From NCBI GenBank assembly GCA_965237525.1, contig CBDEFO010000008.1, positions 96,001-160,000 of the forward strand: a DNA stretch of 64,000 nt, read 5' to 3'. Below the pieces are notes generated by a model. That model worked only from the letters and a program-made list of their open reading frames with translations. It did no database searches and had not been told where the DNA came from. The stretch's first letter is position 1. Every line of letters begins with the position of its first letter. The DNA is from Candidatus Latescibacterota bacterium (GTDB lineage: Bacteria > Latescibacterota > CBDEFO01). This document shows positions 1 through 11,689 of this stretch, piece by piece. Position numbers and translations under genes: made by a program.

Positions 1-1573
1 TAAGGACGTGGCGGGAGCCGATGAGGCAAAGCAGGAATTAGAGGAGATCATCGAGTTTTTGAAAGACCCGAAGAAGTTTCAAAGATTGGGAGGCAGAATC
101 CCGAAAGGGGTGCTCCTTGTGGGACCTCCAGGTACGGGGAAAACCTATATGGCAAAGGCCGTGGCGGGCGAAGCCGAGGTCCCGTTCTTCAGCATGAGCG
201 GGTCCGATTTTGTGGAGATGTTTGTGGGCGTGGGAGCGTCCAGAGTAAGGGATCTCTTTGATCAGGGAAAGAACAACGCTCCGTGCATTATATTCATAGA
301 CGAACTGGATGCTGTAGGAAGACACAGGGGCGCAGGGATAGGCGGCGGACACGATGAGCGCGAGCAGACGTTGAACCAACTCCTTGTGGAGATGGATGGA
401 TTCAACACCAACGAAGGCGTAATCTTAATCGCAGCTACCAATAGGCCAGATGTGTTAGACCCTGCACTTTTGAGGCCGGGGCGGTTCGACAGACATGTTG
501 TAGTAGAAAGACCAGATGTGAAGGGCAGAGAGGGCATTCTGAGGGTTCATACCAGACTGAAGCACATTCCACTTGCAAAGGGTGTGAATTTGAAGGTGTT
601 GGCCAGAGGAACACCGGGGCTTTCAGGGGCAGATCTGGAGAATCTGGTGAACGAGGCGGCTCTTTTAGCCTCCAAGCGCAACCGGAAGAACGTAACGACG
701 CAGGACTTTGAGGATTCAAAGGACAAGGTTATGATGGGCGCGGAGCGAAGGAGCCTGGTGATCTCTGATGAGGAGAAGAAACTGATTGCCTATCACGAGG
801 TGGGCCATTCTCTGGTCGCAAAGCTTATTCCAGGGAGCGATCCTGTGCATAAGGTGACGATAATTCCGAGGGGAAAGGCCTTAGGTGTAACGCATTTTCT
901 GCCCATAGACGAAAAACATACTTATTCAAAGACCTACTGTCTGGGAAAGATAGCTCATGTTTTAGGAGGAAGGGTAGCCGAAAAGATTGTCTTTGGCGAG
1001 ATGAGCACTGGCTCAGGAAACGATTATGAGCAGGCTACAAACCTTGCACGGAATATGGTGTGTGAATGGGGGATGAGCGATCGTTTGGGCCCTATAACCT
1101 ACGGGAAGAAAGAAGAGGAGATATTCTTAGGAAGGGAGATAGCCAAGCGCAGGGACTACAGCGAAAAGACAGCGCAGATTATTGATGAGGAGGTAGAGAA
1201 GTTAGTCACAGGAGCCGAAAAGAAGGTGGAGCAGTTGTTGAGAGATAATATAGATAAGATGCATACTCTGGCTGAGACCCTTTTGGAGTTAGAGGTATTG
1301 GACGGTTCTCAAATAGATAGGGTCCTGGCTGGGGAGGACATTCGAAAGGTCAGGAGTAAGCAACCTCGAAGGAGAGGAAGTACGCCGTCTCGCACGAATC
1401 CTAGCAGAAGCCGCACCTCAAACCAGGATGGTAAAAGCTCAGAACGTTCACCGCATTCGGATTCAAAGGATACTCAAAAGGGCAAAGCGCCAGATTCCAA
1501 AGATAAAGATTCACAAGACGGCAGAGAGCGGGAGGATGTGAGCACTTCAAAGGAGCAGCCCCAAAACAGATAG
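1..1573 (+). CDS. ftsH: ATP-dependent zinc metalloprotease FtsH (5' part outside window)
   Basis: Walker A GPPGTGKT, Walker [31 protein letters not shown], zinc motif HEVGH; the frame is open at the window edge; charged low-complexity C-terminal tail. Confidence 0.97.
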   Translation, partial: KDVAGADEAKQELEEIIEFLKDPKKFQRLGGRIPKGVLLVGPPGTGKTYMAKAVAGEAEVPFFSMSGSDFVEMFVGVGASRVRDLFDQGKNNAPCIIFIDELDAVGRHRGAGIGGGHDEREQTLNQLLVEMDGFNTNEGVILIAATNRPDVLDPALLRPGRFDRHVVVERPDVKGREGILRVHTRLKHIPLAKGVNLKVLARGTPGLSGADLENLVNEAALLASKRNRKNVTTQDFEDSKDKVMMGAERRSLVISDEEKKLIAYHEVGHSLVAKLIPGSDPVHKVTIIPRGKALGVTHFLPIDEKHTYSKTYCLGKIAHVLGGRVAEKIVFGEMSTGSGNDYEQATNLARNMVCEWGMSDRLGPITYGKKEEEIFLGREIAKRRDYSEKTAQIIDEEVEKLVTGAEKKVEQLLRDNIDKMHTLAETLLELEVLDGSQIDRVLAGEDIRKVRSKQPRRRGSTPSRTNPSRSRTSNQDGKSSERSPHSDSKDTQKGKAPDSKDKDSQDGREREDVSTSKEQPQNR

Positions 1574-1622
1574 ATATAGCGTCAAAGCTTGACCCTGAAT
1601 GTAAAGGACAAATTCGCAGAGT

Positions 1623-1685
1623 AAAAAGGGATGGAACGATGCCTTACAGACTACCAAGATGCGGCATCATTTCCATCCCTTTTTT
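1623..1685. terminator. Long bidirectional-type hairpin between ftsH and folP
   Basis: AAAAAGGGATGGAA-CGATGCC pairs with GGCATC-AT-TTCCATCCCTTTTT, with an A-tract on the left and a T-tract on the right. Confidence 0.7.
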
Positions 1686-1727
1686 GAATTGGGACGTAGA
1701 GAGCTTTGTAGTTCTGGAGTGAGAGAT

Positions 1728-2972
1728 TTGGTAAGGACGATATGTCTGAAAAATAGAGACGACGTGGAAAGAGAGATGGGGCTTCTCGGCGTTGATCCGG
1801 GCGGACGGGCGCTGATGTCCGATAAGGCTCTCTTCAAAGTTGTGAAGATATATGGAGTATCCTCTCCGGCGGCGAATATCCTAAAGCAGGAGATGTTGTC
1901 TTTGGGAGGGGATGCAGGAGTGGCTAAGGGAGTGATAAACTGTAAGATTGAGAAGTCCGATGTGCTACTTATGGGAACTTTAAAGCAGTTGAACGAACTG
2001 GCAAAGAAGCTAAAGGCTCAGCCGTTCGGCTTAAAGAAGGTGGCTTTGGATCTATCGGAACATTTAAAGAGACAGGAGCGGGGGAATAAGTTGCAGATCC
2101 GGCTCAGGGACCGGAGCTTATGCCTTTCGTCCAGGACGCACATCATGGGCATATTGAACGTGACGCCTGATTCTTTCTCAGATGGAGGCAGATTCATAGA
2201 AAAAGATGCGGCCTTAGGGCAGGCTTTGCGAATGATAGCAGAAGGCGCAGATATAATAGATATAGGGGGTGAATCGACTCGTCCCGGATCAGATACTGTG
2301 CCTTTTGATGTGGAAGTGGAAAGAGTAGTCCCGACAGTGGAGGCGATAAGAAGAAAGTCCGATATTCCCATATCCGTAGACACTTATAAACCAACAGTCG
2401 CAAGATGCGCTCTGGATGTCGGAGCGGACATAATCAACGACATAAGCGCCCTAAGGGAGATGGAGAAGGATGTGGCAGCAAAGCCAGACTCTCTCGGCCA
2501 GAAGATGATAGCTGTGGCAACAGAATACGAGGCCCCTGTGGTCTTGATGCATCTTCTGGGAACGCCCAAGACTATGCAGAAGAATCCCTCTTATGTCGAT
2601 CTGATGGGAGAAATATGGGAGTTTTTGCAAGAGAGGATCTCGATGTGCAGGCAAATGGGAATAGGGGAGGGTAAGATAATCGTAGATCCGGGCATCGGCT
2701 TCGGCAAGACGCCCGAACATAATCTGGAGATTATAAGAAGATTAAGCGAATTAGCGTCGTTGGGATGTCCCCTCTTAGTCGGTCCTTCAAGAAAATCGTT
2801 TATAGGAAAGACGTTAGACCTTTCTCCTGAAGATCGTTTGGAGGGGACTGTAGCAGCGTGTGTAATAGCCGCTTGTAACGGAGCAAATGTCCTGAGAGTT
2901 CACGATGTGAAAGAGACAGTAAGGGTGCTTTCTATGGCAGATGCGATCTCAAGCGGTAGCTTTGACCTATAA
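1728..2972 (+). CDS. folP: Dihydropteroate synthase with N-terminal extension
   Basis: IMGILNVTPDSFSDGG, DIGGESTRPG, DPGIGFGK, SRKSFIG, RVHDV. Start set at TTG 1728 (GGAG upstream) because the ORF-track ATG 1659 lies inside the hairpin. Confidence 0.93.
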   Translation: MVRTICLKNRDDVEREMGLLGVDPGGRALMSDKALFKVVKIYGVSSPAANILKQEMLSLGGDAGVAKGVINCKIEKSDVLLMGTLKQLNELAKKLKAQPFGLKKVALDLSEHLKRQERGNKLQIRLRDRSLCLSSRTHIMGILNVTPDSFSDGGRFIEKDAALGQALRMIAEGADIIDIGGESTRPGSDTVPFDVEVERVVPTVEAIRRKSDIPISVDTYKPTVARCALDVGADIINDISALREMEKDVAAKPDSLGQKMIAVATEYEAPVVLMHLLGTPKTMQKNPSYVDLMGEIWEFLQERISMCRQMGIGEGKIIVDPGIGFGKTPEHNLEIIRRLSELASLGCPLLVGPSRKSFIGKTLDLSPEDRLEGTVAACVIAACNGANVLRVHDVKETVRVLSMADAISSGSFDL

Positions 2973-3019
2973 GACCTCCGCAGATTGATGCCCGTGTTCA
3001 CCGATAGAATCAATCGGGG

Positions 3020-3161
3020 ATTGAGGAGGAAAACAGGTTTTCCTTCGATTCTACTTAAACATCTGGTCAAGGGATCGGATGATTTGGCTCATGGGCACAT
3101 TAATCTCTTCTACATCTTTCCGGGAAAGATATAGGATCTTTCCAAGTTCCGTTCTCTTCAC
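3020..3161 (-). pseudogene. 5' stub of an ornithine cyclodeaminase/alanine dehydrogenase family gene
   Basis: Translates KILYLSRKDVEEINVPMSQIIRSLDQMFK*NRRKTCFPP, resembling the family N-terminus; in-frame TAG at 3051-3053; ends at a palindrome copy. Confidence 0.55.
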
Positions 3162-3243
3162 CTCATCTGCAGAATTTGATCGTATTCGAAGTCTAACATG
3201 CGAAGTGCTTGGCGTCCCTTAGACTAAAGGCTTCCCCTCAACA

Positions 3244-3385
3244 TTACTCTCCCCATGCCTCCCCAAAGAGTCGGAGCCAGTTAGCGCAGGATCTTGGTTA
3301 TATCAGATTGGTTGTATCCGCGCTTCAGCAACTCCCCTGGAACGCTGGACAGCTTATCAGGTGTCTCCATATCTCGGTGATACCC
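3244..3385 (-). pseudogene. 3' stub of a membrane dipeptidase (M19) family gene
   Basis: METPDKLSSVPGELLKRGYNQSDITKIL, then a frameshift to NWLRLFGEAWGE*, the typical dipeptidase C-terminus. Confidence 0.6.
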
Positions 3386-4921
3386 TCACAGTAGATTCCT
3401 ATCCAAACTCCTGTACTGTATGGCTTCGCCCACATGCTGAGGAAGTATGTGTTCACTTCCCTCCAAATCAGCTATGGTCCTTGAGACTTTGAGAATTCTG
3501 TCGTAAGCCCTTGCGGACAAACCTAGCTTCGTTATAGCCGTCTTTAAGAGTTCATTCCCCTTTTCGTCTATCTTGCAAAACGTCCTTATCTGTTTGGATT
3601 CCATCTGGGAGTTGCAGAACGTATCTGACAATCCTTTGAATCTGCCTTGCTGAATCTGCCTTGCCCTGTTCACCTTTTTCCTTATGAGCTCTGATTTTTC
3701 GCCTGTGAGTTCCCCGGATAGTTCCTTATAGCGGACTGCGGGGACCTCGATGTGTATATCTATCCTATCCAACAGCGGTCCCGATATTTTGGACAGGTAT
3801 CTCTGGATCAGAAGTGGAGAGCAGGTGCACTCGCGGTTAGGATCGGAAAAATACCCGCAGGGGCAGGGATTCATCGCAGCGGCTAACATGAAACTTGATG
3901 GATAGGTAAGGGACACGGCAGCTCTGGATATCGTGACTCTTCCGTCTTCGATGGGCTGCCTTAGAACTTCCAGCACGGATCTTTTAAATTCGGGCAGTTC
4001 GTCCAAGAATAGTACACCGTGATGCGCTAAACTTACCTCTCCAGGCTTCGGATTGGGACCTCCTCCGATAAGTCCGGCGTCGCTAATTGTGTGATGCGGA
4101 GAGCGAAAGGGTCTAGTAGTTATGAGGGCTGTATCTTTGTCAAGGCGACCGGCCACAGAGTGTATCTTAGTCGTGGAGATAGCCTCCTCCTGCGTAAGAT
4201 CGGGGAGTATAGTAGGAAGTCTGCGAGCAAGCATAGTCTTGCCAGATCCGGGAGGACCTATCATAATGATATTATGTCCCCCTGCTGCGGCGACTTCTAT
4301 GGACCTTTTGACATGCTCCTGCCCTTTGACGTCCACAAAGTCGAGTGTGTATTCCCCGCTCTGTGCAAAGACCTGTCCAATATCGAACCTGAGGGGCTGT
4401 AGAGCAATCTCTCTGTTGAGAAATCCGACGGCCTCAGATAGGCTTAAGGCAGGATAGACCTCAAGTTGGGGTCCAGCCATTGCGGCTTCTTTGGCGTTCT
4501 CCCTCGGTAGGATAATACCCCTGAGTCCGCGCTCTTTTGCATCCACCGCCATAGAGAGAACGCCCCTTATCGGTCGGAGCGAGCCGTCTAAAGAGAGTTC
4601 CCCAACGAGCATGTAGTCCTGCAGGAAGCCCGGCTCAACCTGCTTTGTGGCGGCCAGAATGCCGACAGCCACAGGGAGGTCGAAGGCAGAACCCTCCTTC
4701 CTTATGTCGGCCGGAGCCAGGTTCACTGTGATCCTCTTGTGCGGGAACAAGAGGCCGGAGTTCTTAATAGCGGCGGCGACTCGGTCCTTGCTCTCCTTGA
4801 CCGCAGCATCAGGGAGTCCGACTATGGAAAACGAGGGCAATTGTCGGTCTATGTCGGTCTCGACCTCGACAAGATAGGCGTCTATACCCAGCGTAGCGCT
4901 GCTTAATACTTTAGATAACAT
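3386..4921 (-). CDS. comM: YifB/ComM Mg-chelatase-like AAA+ ATPase
   Basis: [58 protein letters not shown]. Confidence 0.93.
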   Translation of the reverse strand: MLSKVLSSATLGIDAYLVEVETDIDRQLPSFSIVGLPDAAVKESKDRVAAAIKNSGLLFPHKRITVNLAPADIRKEGSAFDLPVAVGILAATKQVEPGFLQDYMLVGELSLDGSLRPIRGVLSMAVDAKERGLRGIILPRENAKEAAMAGPQLEVYPALSLSEAVGFLNREIALQPLRFDIGQVFAQSGEYTLDFVDVKGQEHVKRSIEVAAAGGHNIIMIGPPGSGKTMLARRLPTILPDLTQEEAISTTKIHSVAGRLDKDTALITTRPFRSPHHTISDAGLIGGGPNPKPGEVSLAHHGVLFLDELPEFKRSVLEVLRQPIEDGRVTISRAAVSLTYPSSFMLAAAMNPCPCGYFSDPNRECTCSPLLIQRYLSKISGPLLDRIDIHIEVPAVRYKELSGELTGEKSELIRKKVNRARQIQQGRFKGLSDTFCNSQMESKQIRTFCKIDEKGNELLKTAITKLGLSARAYDRILKVSRTIADLEGSEHILPQHVGEAIQYRSLDRNLL

Positions 4922-5060
4922 AAGGAAGCGTATCACAAAAGTGAAGATTTCTCCACGATTGTCCGTTCGGTAGACGTCGGTTATTCAGATGACGTCGCAC
5001 AAATTGTCAGTTGCCAGAGTGATTGGCGTGAAGGTTCCTATGGGCAAGATGTCTTGTCCT

Positions 5061-5873
5061 TCAGCGCCGGTAGATACGCCGATTATAGTCGTCATAGATC
5101 TCGCGAGCACGCTGGTCTTCCTTGACCGCGGTGACCATTTCAGCGAGTGTTCTAATCTGATCCTGGAGGAATATGCGGCCTTTCTCGGCCGTGGAACTGC
5201 CGGGCGTACCGCGCGTCAGATGCGGCTGCTGGGAGATCCACGCCATCGGGGTATACATATGTTTCAGATGATCTAAGCCTTCGCGTGGTGGCTCATTTAC
5301 GTGCCTGGCTTCGTCCATGTCCACCAGGTCGGGCTGGATGTGCAGCATCTCACTGGTCTCCCACTCGCAGGCGTGCCCGTAATCTGAAGACTCAAAGATC
5401 TCGTAGAACAGGTCTTTGTTCATGTAACCGCCGACTGCATCGGGGTCCTTGCCCCGGGCGTCGCAGTAGTAAGGCACCCAGTCCTTGCCTTTGTCGAGCA
5501 TAGACATGACAAACTGCGGCAGAAACCACTTGTTGCCACCGTGCCCGCTGACGAAGATGATCTTCTTGCAGCCGTTGCGGGCGATCTCGTCGCAGACATT
5601 TTCGAATAGAGGAAAGAGCAGATGATTGTCTATGACTATCCCTCCGGGCACAGCTTTGGCTTCGAAGTTGCTGGAGAAATGGATGACGGAGAAGACGATG
5701 GCCGGAGCGAGCTTGGCGACCTCACCCGCGACGTAACGGGCGATGATGGCATCGTTTCCCAGAGGTAAGTGATTGCCGTGGTATTCGAGGACGCCTACCG
5801 GGACGATGCAGACGCCGCCCGTATCCTTGACGGCTTGCTCAAACTGATCGGCTCGAAGTTGTTCCCATTGCAT
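5061..5873 (-). CDS. Creatininase family protein
   Basis: PVGVLEYHGNHLPLGND, SGHGGN and GHACEWETS motifs; GAGG RBS upstream. Confidence 0.9.
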   Translation of the reverse strand: MQWEQLRADQFEQAVKDTGGVCIVPVGVLEYHGNHLPLGNDAIIARYVAGEVAKLAPAIVFSVIHFSSNFEAKAVPGGIVIDNHLLFPLFENVCDEIARNGCKKIIFVSGHGGNKWFLPQFVMSMLDKGKDWVPYYCDARGKDPDAVGGYMNKDLFYEIFESSDYGHACEWETSEMLHIQPDLVDMDEARHVNEPPREGLDHLKHMYTPMAWISQQPHLTRGTPGSSTAEKGRIFLQDQIRTLAEMVTAVKEDQRAREIYDDYNRRIYRR

Positions 5874-6101
5874 GAATAGACCTCCTCAATCTGACTCTCA
5901 GGGCCGCCAGCGGATCAGCGTCGTGCCCATGGTCAGTTAGTTAGGGTAAAATGAGCACTGTGTCGAAGCTGCAAAGATGTGGACCGCAGCGAAGAACGAG
6001 ACGAACCCGCGCCGGGCACCGGGTTTGACGAATGAATCGGGAACCATCACCAGTTGTGGACTATCAGGATGAGCCAGAGGACAGCGCCGTGCAACCGTAC
6101 C

Positions 6102-6363
6102 GATGGGGCATAGCGTTTTGTTCAGATGGATTGTATTGGTATCTTTGTGAGGACGTAGAAACGCGATTAATCAGCAGAGCCTTACGGCATCAAGCCAACG
6201 TGTAGACGAGTTGGTGCATGCTTCAAGGTTGTGACGAAGATCGTTTATTAGTCCACTCGCCACGCCACACACGATAAAGCATCTCCGCTACTTGAATCCG
6301 TTTGTAAAGCGCGACACCCTGTTTGCTGATAAGTTTGTCCAATGCCTCTTTTGCTGCTGTGAC
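6102..6363 (-). pseudogene. Frameshifted N-terminal remnant of a HaeII-family restriction endonuclease
   Basis: Stitched translation AKEALDKLISKQGVALYKRIQVAEMLYR / NLEACTNSSTRWLDAV / LINRVSTSSQRYQYNPSEQNAMP resembles the HaeII-family N-terminus as recalled from memory. Confidence 0.65.
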
Positions 6364-6517
6364 TCTTTTATTCTACACGAATATACACTCCCTGCTTCTG
6401 ACTCTCCCATGTATCTAACGGGATGCCAGTCCGTCTATCAGACGTCAATCGGATAACGCCCATATTTCCGCACCGCCTCGGACATTCGCGCAATTTTAGC
6501 CATCTTTGCAATGTGAA

Positions 6518-7039
6518 TCATTTTTGAGCATCAAAAACATGAATCGCATTAGTAAAGAGAGTAGAATTCGGAATGAGAAACTTTTTGCCCTCTGCCTGAA
6601 GAGTAGTGTATCGAAGATCAATAACGATCACGATCCCCTCAAGGCCTGCTACAGAAATACGGTCATTGAGCTGAAAAGGGTGATAGATTAGGATAAGTGC
6701 ACCTGCAAGGACATTAGAAAGGCCGTCCCTGAGCGCAAATCCAAGCGCAAAACCCGTAAGTCCCAAACCAGCCACCAAAGCGGTGATATTAATGCCCATC
6801 TTCCCCAGTGCTATCACAGCCCCCAAAATTATCAAAATGCCTTTGGCCGACTGCCCCATCAAATTGAAAACCTCTTTTCTACTTAGGGCAGCTATCTTAT
6901 CGATGCGCCGAATGATGGTCTTAATAATAACGCCTGCTAACCAAAACGAGAAAAAAATAAGCAGACCAATCACAGCTCGAGGTATAAAAAGCGCTATTTG
7001 AGTTATCAGATCTTGCAGCTCTTTCAATATTCCTTCCAT
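6518..7039 (-). CDS. Small MscS-family mechanosensitive channel protein
   Basis: ALVAGLGLTGFALGFALRDGLSNVLAG, HPFQLNDRI, IDLRYTTL, IPNS. Confidence 0.88.
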   Translation of the reverse strand: MEGILKELQDLITQIALFIPRAVIGLLIFFSFWLAGVIIKTIIRRIDKIAALSRKEVFNLMGQSAKGILIILGAVIALGKMGINITALVAGLGLTGFALGFALRDGLSNVLAGALILIYHPFQLNDRISVAGLEGIVIVIDLRYTTLQAEGKKFLIPNSTLFTNAIHVFDAQK

Positions 7040-7228
7040 TTTTTACCCTCCCAGATAAGGCCCATTTCTTCTACTGTAAAGACAAAACCAATACTGACCG
7101 TTGCTCCTAAGGCTAAATAATCCGATGTAAATTGGTTCATTCTCCTTTCTTTATGCTAATTTATATTAGTAGACACTTTCGTATAACGATTTTGCGGGCG
7201 CTCTGAGCGAGGCAGTGTATTTCATATC

Positions 7229-7717
7229 TTAAAGAGCTATCCTCTCAATCTCCCCCGTCTCGGTATCGTAGAGACAAAAAGACGGCTCTCCCTTATTCCC
7301 CATTATCTCACCGGGGTTGACCAGTTTCGTCTCGTTTAATTCTTCGACCGATTGGATGTGTGTATGTCCGTAGAATACGACGTCGTATGCTCCCGAATCA
7401 GCGAGGGAACGGGCAAGGTCGGGAAAGTGATGTACAGCGATCTTCTTGCCATCGATCTCTATGTCAGCTATCCTTCCGTGAAGTGTAATGTTGTCTGTGG
7501 AAGTGGATTTTGTGGTCAGAAGGTATATATCTCCATCAACGTTGCCAAAGACGCCGTGCACAGGACCTGAAAATTGGCTCAGCTGGTCTATGATAAAAGG
7601 AGCACAGTAGTCGCCACAGTGGATCAGAACTTCTGCCTTTCTCTCTTCAATAGCACCCAGAGCTTTGGAAAGATTCCAGACGTTATCGTGCGTGTCGCTG
7701 ATAACCGCTATTATCAT
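7229..7717 (-). CDS. YfcE-like metallophosphoesterase
   Basis: SDTHDN, HCGD, GNVD, GHTH, NPG motifs. Confidence 0.92.
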   Translation of the reverse strand: MIIAVISDTHDNVWNLSKALGAIEERKAEVLIHCGDYCAPFIIDQLSQFSGPVHGVFGNVDGDIYLLTTKSTSTDNITLHGRIADIEIDGKKIAVHHFPDLARSLADSGAYDVVFYGHTHIQSVEELNETKLVNPGEIMGNKGEPSFCLYDTETGEIERIAL

Positions 7718-7793
7718 CTTTGGCTTCCTTTCCTCAAAAACAGTAGACAGCGACTGCCCCTGCCTTCCCTGTATGCTGTTTACTTACTTGGAG

Positions 7794-8336
7794 CTATCTT
7801 CCCGTCAGGGATAAGCTTAGAGCTGTGGTGAGCTTGAGGACATCTCTATTTGCGGCTCTAAGGCGTCCTGATATAAGTTGAGCGAACTCCTTGTAGATGA
7901 GATAGCCCATGTTGGAGTCTTCTTTTAAGAGCCTGTCAAGGTTGTCCCTTTCGATGACAAATACGGTGCATTCCGTAAGAGCCACCACCGTAGCAGAGCG
8001 TTCGTCGCTGTCGAGCATAGCCATCTCTCCAAAGCAAGCGTGGTCTTTCCCCTCAAGGCGTATGAAGGACTTTTCTCTCTCTTCAAATTCTTGTCGAGAG
8101 ACCTTGAGTGTTAAAGATTTGGAGACCTCAACCCTGCCGTCCAGGAGTATATACATCGTGTTTCCGATTTCGCCTTCGCGGATGATAGTTTCCCCTTCTT
8201 TGAATTTCGTCTGGGAGACGACGGTAAGGAGCTTGGCTATCTGCTCGTCGGAGAGGTCTGAGAAAATGGGCACCTGTTTTAAGAATTTTACTTCCTTAGA
8301 CCCCGTCTTTGTCCCTGTAGTGATATCTCGGTTCAT
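7794..8336 (-). CDS. Stand-alone cyclic-nucleotide-binding domain protein
   Basis: IIREGEIG, FGEMAML and RSATVVA phosphate-binding cassette; no HTH. Confidence 0.9.
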   Translation of the reverse strand: MNRDITTGTKTGSKEVKFLKQVPIFSDLSDEQIAKLLTVVSQTKFKEGETIIREGEIGNTMYILLDGRVEVSKSLTLKVSRQEFEEREKSFIRLEGKDHACFGEMAMLDSDERSATVVALTECTVFVIERDNLDRLLKEDSNMGYLIYKEFAQLISGRLRAANRDVLKLTTALSLSLTGR

Positions 8337-8382
8337 AGCCTGCTCGATTTGCCTGATCTATACCCCTCTTGAGGGTATCTGA

Positions 8383-11078
8383 CTACTTTATTGTGATACG
8401 GTCGCGGGCTATCACTATAGCTTTATCGTCTTCGAGTATCTCATAATCATCATCGGGGTTAACAATGGTCTCCGCTTTCTTTTTAGTTTCTGCGCTTATG
8501 TCCCTACCGGCCAAAAGGAACTCTCTTTTTATGAATTGATCTATCTGCGAGGTGTCGTCGCTGATCATGTCCTCCAAGGGAATTCCCTGTTCCTCCGCTA
8601 TGATCCCGATGAGTATGGCTTTGAATCGCTCTCTGTAATAAGAGGCCAAATCTTTGAATGTCTTTCCCACATATTCTTTGGGTATGTCGGCGCGCCAGAT
8701 TTCGTTTCCGGGATCGTAGGTCAGAAGTTCTCTCACAGCTTCGGTTATTCCAGTAGACACGGCGGCAGATGCCAGCAAAAAGCCGCTGTACTCTCCTCTT
8801 ATTATGATGTCGTCCACGTCTGCGCGGCGCAGATGCTGTGCGTTTTCCGAATCCAGAATCTCCGCGCAGACCTTAACTTCAGGCTTGATCGTCTTGATGG
8901 CAAGCGTGGCAAAAATCGTGCGTTCGTCGGTGTTGACTCTAAGGTCGCCCTCCTGCGTCTGTGCAAGGACTATAGCGGCTCGCGCCCCTGAGATATTGGC
9001 CCTTTTAAGAACGCTCTCCTGAACGAAGTCCCCTCTGACATAGGAGAGTCCCCTATCGTCGTATCTAAATAAGATCTCGTTGACCTCCTCTTCAGGCAGA
9101 TCGTTTATTATCAAAAGATCTGCACTTTTGGCGGCCTCAAGTTTGATTAAACCACCTATGACTTCATCAGCGTGATGGTTCCATCCGCAGATAACTATGT
9201 GTCCTTCCAATGTTACGCTTTCCAAACCTCTCCCCTCCTTTATTCTCCTTGCAGTCATGATCGAGGCTATCGTAGCTGTAAAAAGGGAGATGAGGATCAT
9301 CCCCGAGAATATGACGGCGCCGCTGGCTACTTTACTCCATGCAGTCACAGGGGTTATGTCCCCGTAGCCGACGGTCGTCATTGTGACCATAGCCCAATAG
9401 ACAGAGTTCCAGAATGTGAGGTTCTCGTTGTTCGCCTTCTCGAGTGTAAGGAAGACGAAAGCACCGAGGAACATAACTGTGAGCATTAAAAGCCTTGTGA
9501 AAAACCCTTAGATTCAGAAAGTAGTATAGAACAAGCATTGATAAAGCAGCTCCGATGTATTATATTATGTTATTGATAATATTATACATGGAGGAAACAA
9601 TGACCCCACAAAAGCAGGAACAGACAAATCCGATGTTTCACTATTTTCAGATGGAGGATTTAGTTCCCGAGGATCATATCCTTCGTCAGATTGATGAGGC
9701 AGTTGATTTTTCATTTGTACGAGACGTTGTATCAGATTGTTATTGCCCTGACAATGGCAGACCCGGTATTGATCCTGAATTAGTTGTTCGAATGATCCTT
9801 ATTGGCTATCTGTATAATTTGAGTGAGAATCGGCTCTGTCAGGAAGTGGGGATGCATGCGGCATATCGGTTGTTTTGTCATCAGACATTTGATGATGCGG
9901 TTCTGGATAGGAGCACGATCAACAAGCTTCGCAATCACAAGTGGGCATCCAGTGGGTTGTTTGAACGGATAATGCGTCAGGTAGTCCAGTGTTGCATAGA
10001 TGTCGGTCTTGTGAGCGGTAAACACCTTAGTGTCGACGGCACTCAGATACAAGCTGATGCTTCAGTGAAAAGTATTGAGCCGATAGAACCCCCTGTTTCT
10101 CTTGATGATTATCTCAAGGGAATCGGTTTTGAAGGTGATAAGACAAAGGGTAGGTCCGGGCATCCTCAGGATAAAGACTTTCATGGTGAAAAGTGGACGA
10201 ACCAAACACACCGTTCGACTACAGACCCCGACGCGCGCTTATACAGCAAATCGAAGGGCAAAGGGGCTTTTCTCTCGTTTATGGGCCATGATCTGATCGA
10301 CACAAAAAGCAGAGTAACCCTTGAGACTCAGGGCACGCAGGCGACAGGGACAGCAGAGCCCGAAAGTGCCCTTAAGATGGTAGATGACCTTGAAACATAC
10401 ACCATGCCCAAAGACATTCAGACACTTAGTGCCGATACCGGTTACGGTTCTGGTAATTTTATCGCTGATGTACTTGACCGGGGAATCATACCCCATATTC
10501 CTCTGCGAGCCGATGAGAAGATTGAACCGATTCCTACATGGAAAAACAAGACAAATTCAGCACATATTCAGGCCGAACGGGATAGAAAAGTGTGAGAGGC
10601 GAAAGCCAGAAATCATGCACGGTCTATCTCATTAACAGCTGACTACAAACTCTCCCGGAGACTCCGTAAACGCAGTGAACATATCTTTGCTGAAGCCAGG
10701 CAACAACACGGTATGGGACGAGCCCGTTATAGAGGACCAGCCTCACTGAATGAACAGTTGAATCTTGTTGCAACAGTACAGAATCTCAAGAGGCTTGTAT
10801 CTTTCATAAGAAGGGGGAAAGCGTCTATGTGTGCCCTGCCTGTCAAAGACAGTGCATCCTGTTCTTCAAACAGCTCCTGTTCCTTGCTGACCAGAACTCT
10901 GATAAGACTATTTTGCTTATTCCACAGCAAAACGATACGATATGCTACTCTTTGACCCATAATCGGCGCTTCAGACGCTGCCTGGGACATAACTATTTCA
11001 CAAGGCTTCTAAGGCAGCAAGAACAAGGACGTTGGCTCGCCATATGAACTGCCGAATTCTTAGAATGTATTTGCCCAT
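8383..11078 (-). pseudogene. 2-TM potassium channel with RCK/TrkA-N domain, interrupted by IS copy 1
   Basis: TMTTVGYGD filter, HIVICGW. The first 23 codons (MGKYILRIRQFIWRANVLVLAAL, 11078-11010) lie across the IS and join 9486 in frame once the IS and one TA are removed. Confidence 0.9.
9489..11009 (+). mobile_element. IS1182-like insertion sequence, copy 1 (transposase has a premature stop)
   Basis: 1521 bp; terminal IR AAGCCTTGTGAAA/TTTCACAAGGCTT; flanked by TA on both sides; GRPGIDP, SVDGT, SADTGY, SEHIFAE motifs; TGA at 10593-10595 where other copies have CGA. Confidence 0.93.
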
Positions 11079-11122
11079 AATCCAAAGCACTAGTCGCACA
11101 CGGAGTGCACGTTGCACCACCT

Positions 11123-11689
11123 TCAGATAGCGACATTTCGATCGCTATAGAGTGGCTCTAATTTGCCGAGCGCAAGATATACAAGGATTCCTATAATAGC
11201 CCCCGTGCCGACGCTGGAGAGGAGGAACATAGGTAGAAGAAAGATGATCTTAACACTTTTTATTATAACCAGATATGCCAAAACAAGCTGGGCTATGTTG
11301 TGGCCTAAAGCACCGAATACGCTGACGCCTACTGGACTGAAATACCTTCCCAATCTTTTCCCAACAAGATTCATCGCCGTAAGGCTTACGATAGCTCCTC
11401 CCAGGCTGAGTATGAAAGTTGGACCCAAAAATGAGCCTGAAAAGAGCCCGCCGAAGAATATCCTGACCCCTGTGACCAAGGAGGCGTCCTTGATCCCGTA
11501 CATATAGAGACAGAGGAGCGTAGTTATATTTCCCAGTCCGAGCTTCATCCAGGGAAAGGGTCTGGGGACGTAGGCCTCAAAGACAAAGAGGATCAATCCT
11601 GCCGAGGACAGCAGGGCTATCCTGGTTATCCTCTCTGCAGACGATGCGGACACTACGGAGGATATGGCTACTTTGTGGTGCGGTTTCAC
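11123..11689 (-). CDS. Gx-transporter / heptaprenyl diphosphate synthase component I family membrane protein
   Basis: PFPWMKLGLGN, SLGG, GVSVFGALGHNIAQL; GTGA overlap with the upstream gene stop suggests this start. Confidence 0.88.
   Translation of the reverse strand: MKPHHKVAISSVVSASSAERITRIALLSSAGLILFVFEAYVPRPFPWMKLGLGNITTLLCLYMYGIKDASLVTGVRIFFGGLFSGSFLGPTFILSLGGAIVSLTAMNLVGKRLGRYFSPVGVSVFGALGHNIAQLVLAYLVIIKSVKIIFLLPMFLLSSVGTGAIIGILVYLALGKLEPLYSDRNVAI

Noticed and set aside
6410..7200. Integron attC sites around mscS and the endonuclease relic
   Set aside because: GTTRRRY-like cores occur but I could not find paired inverse cores or an integron integrase.
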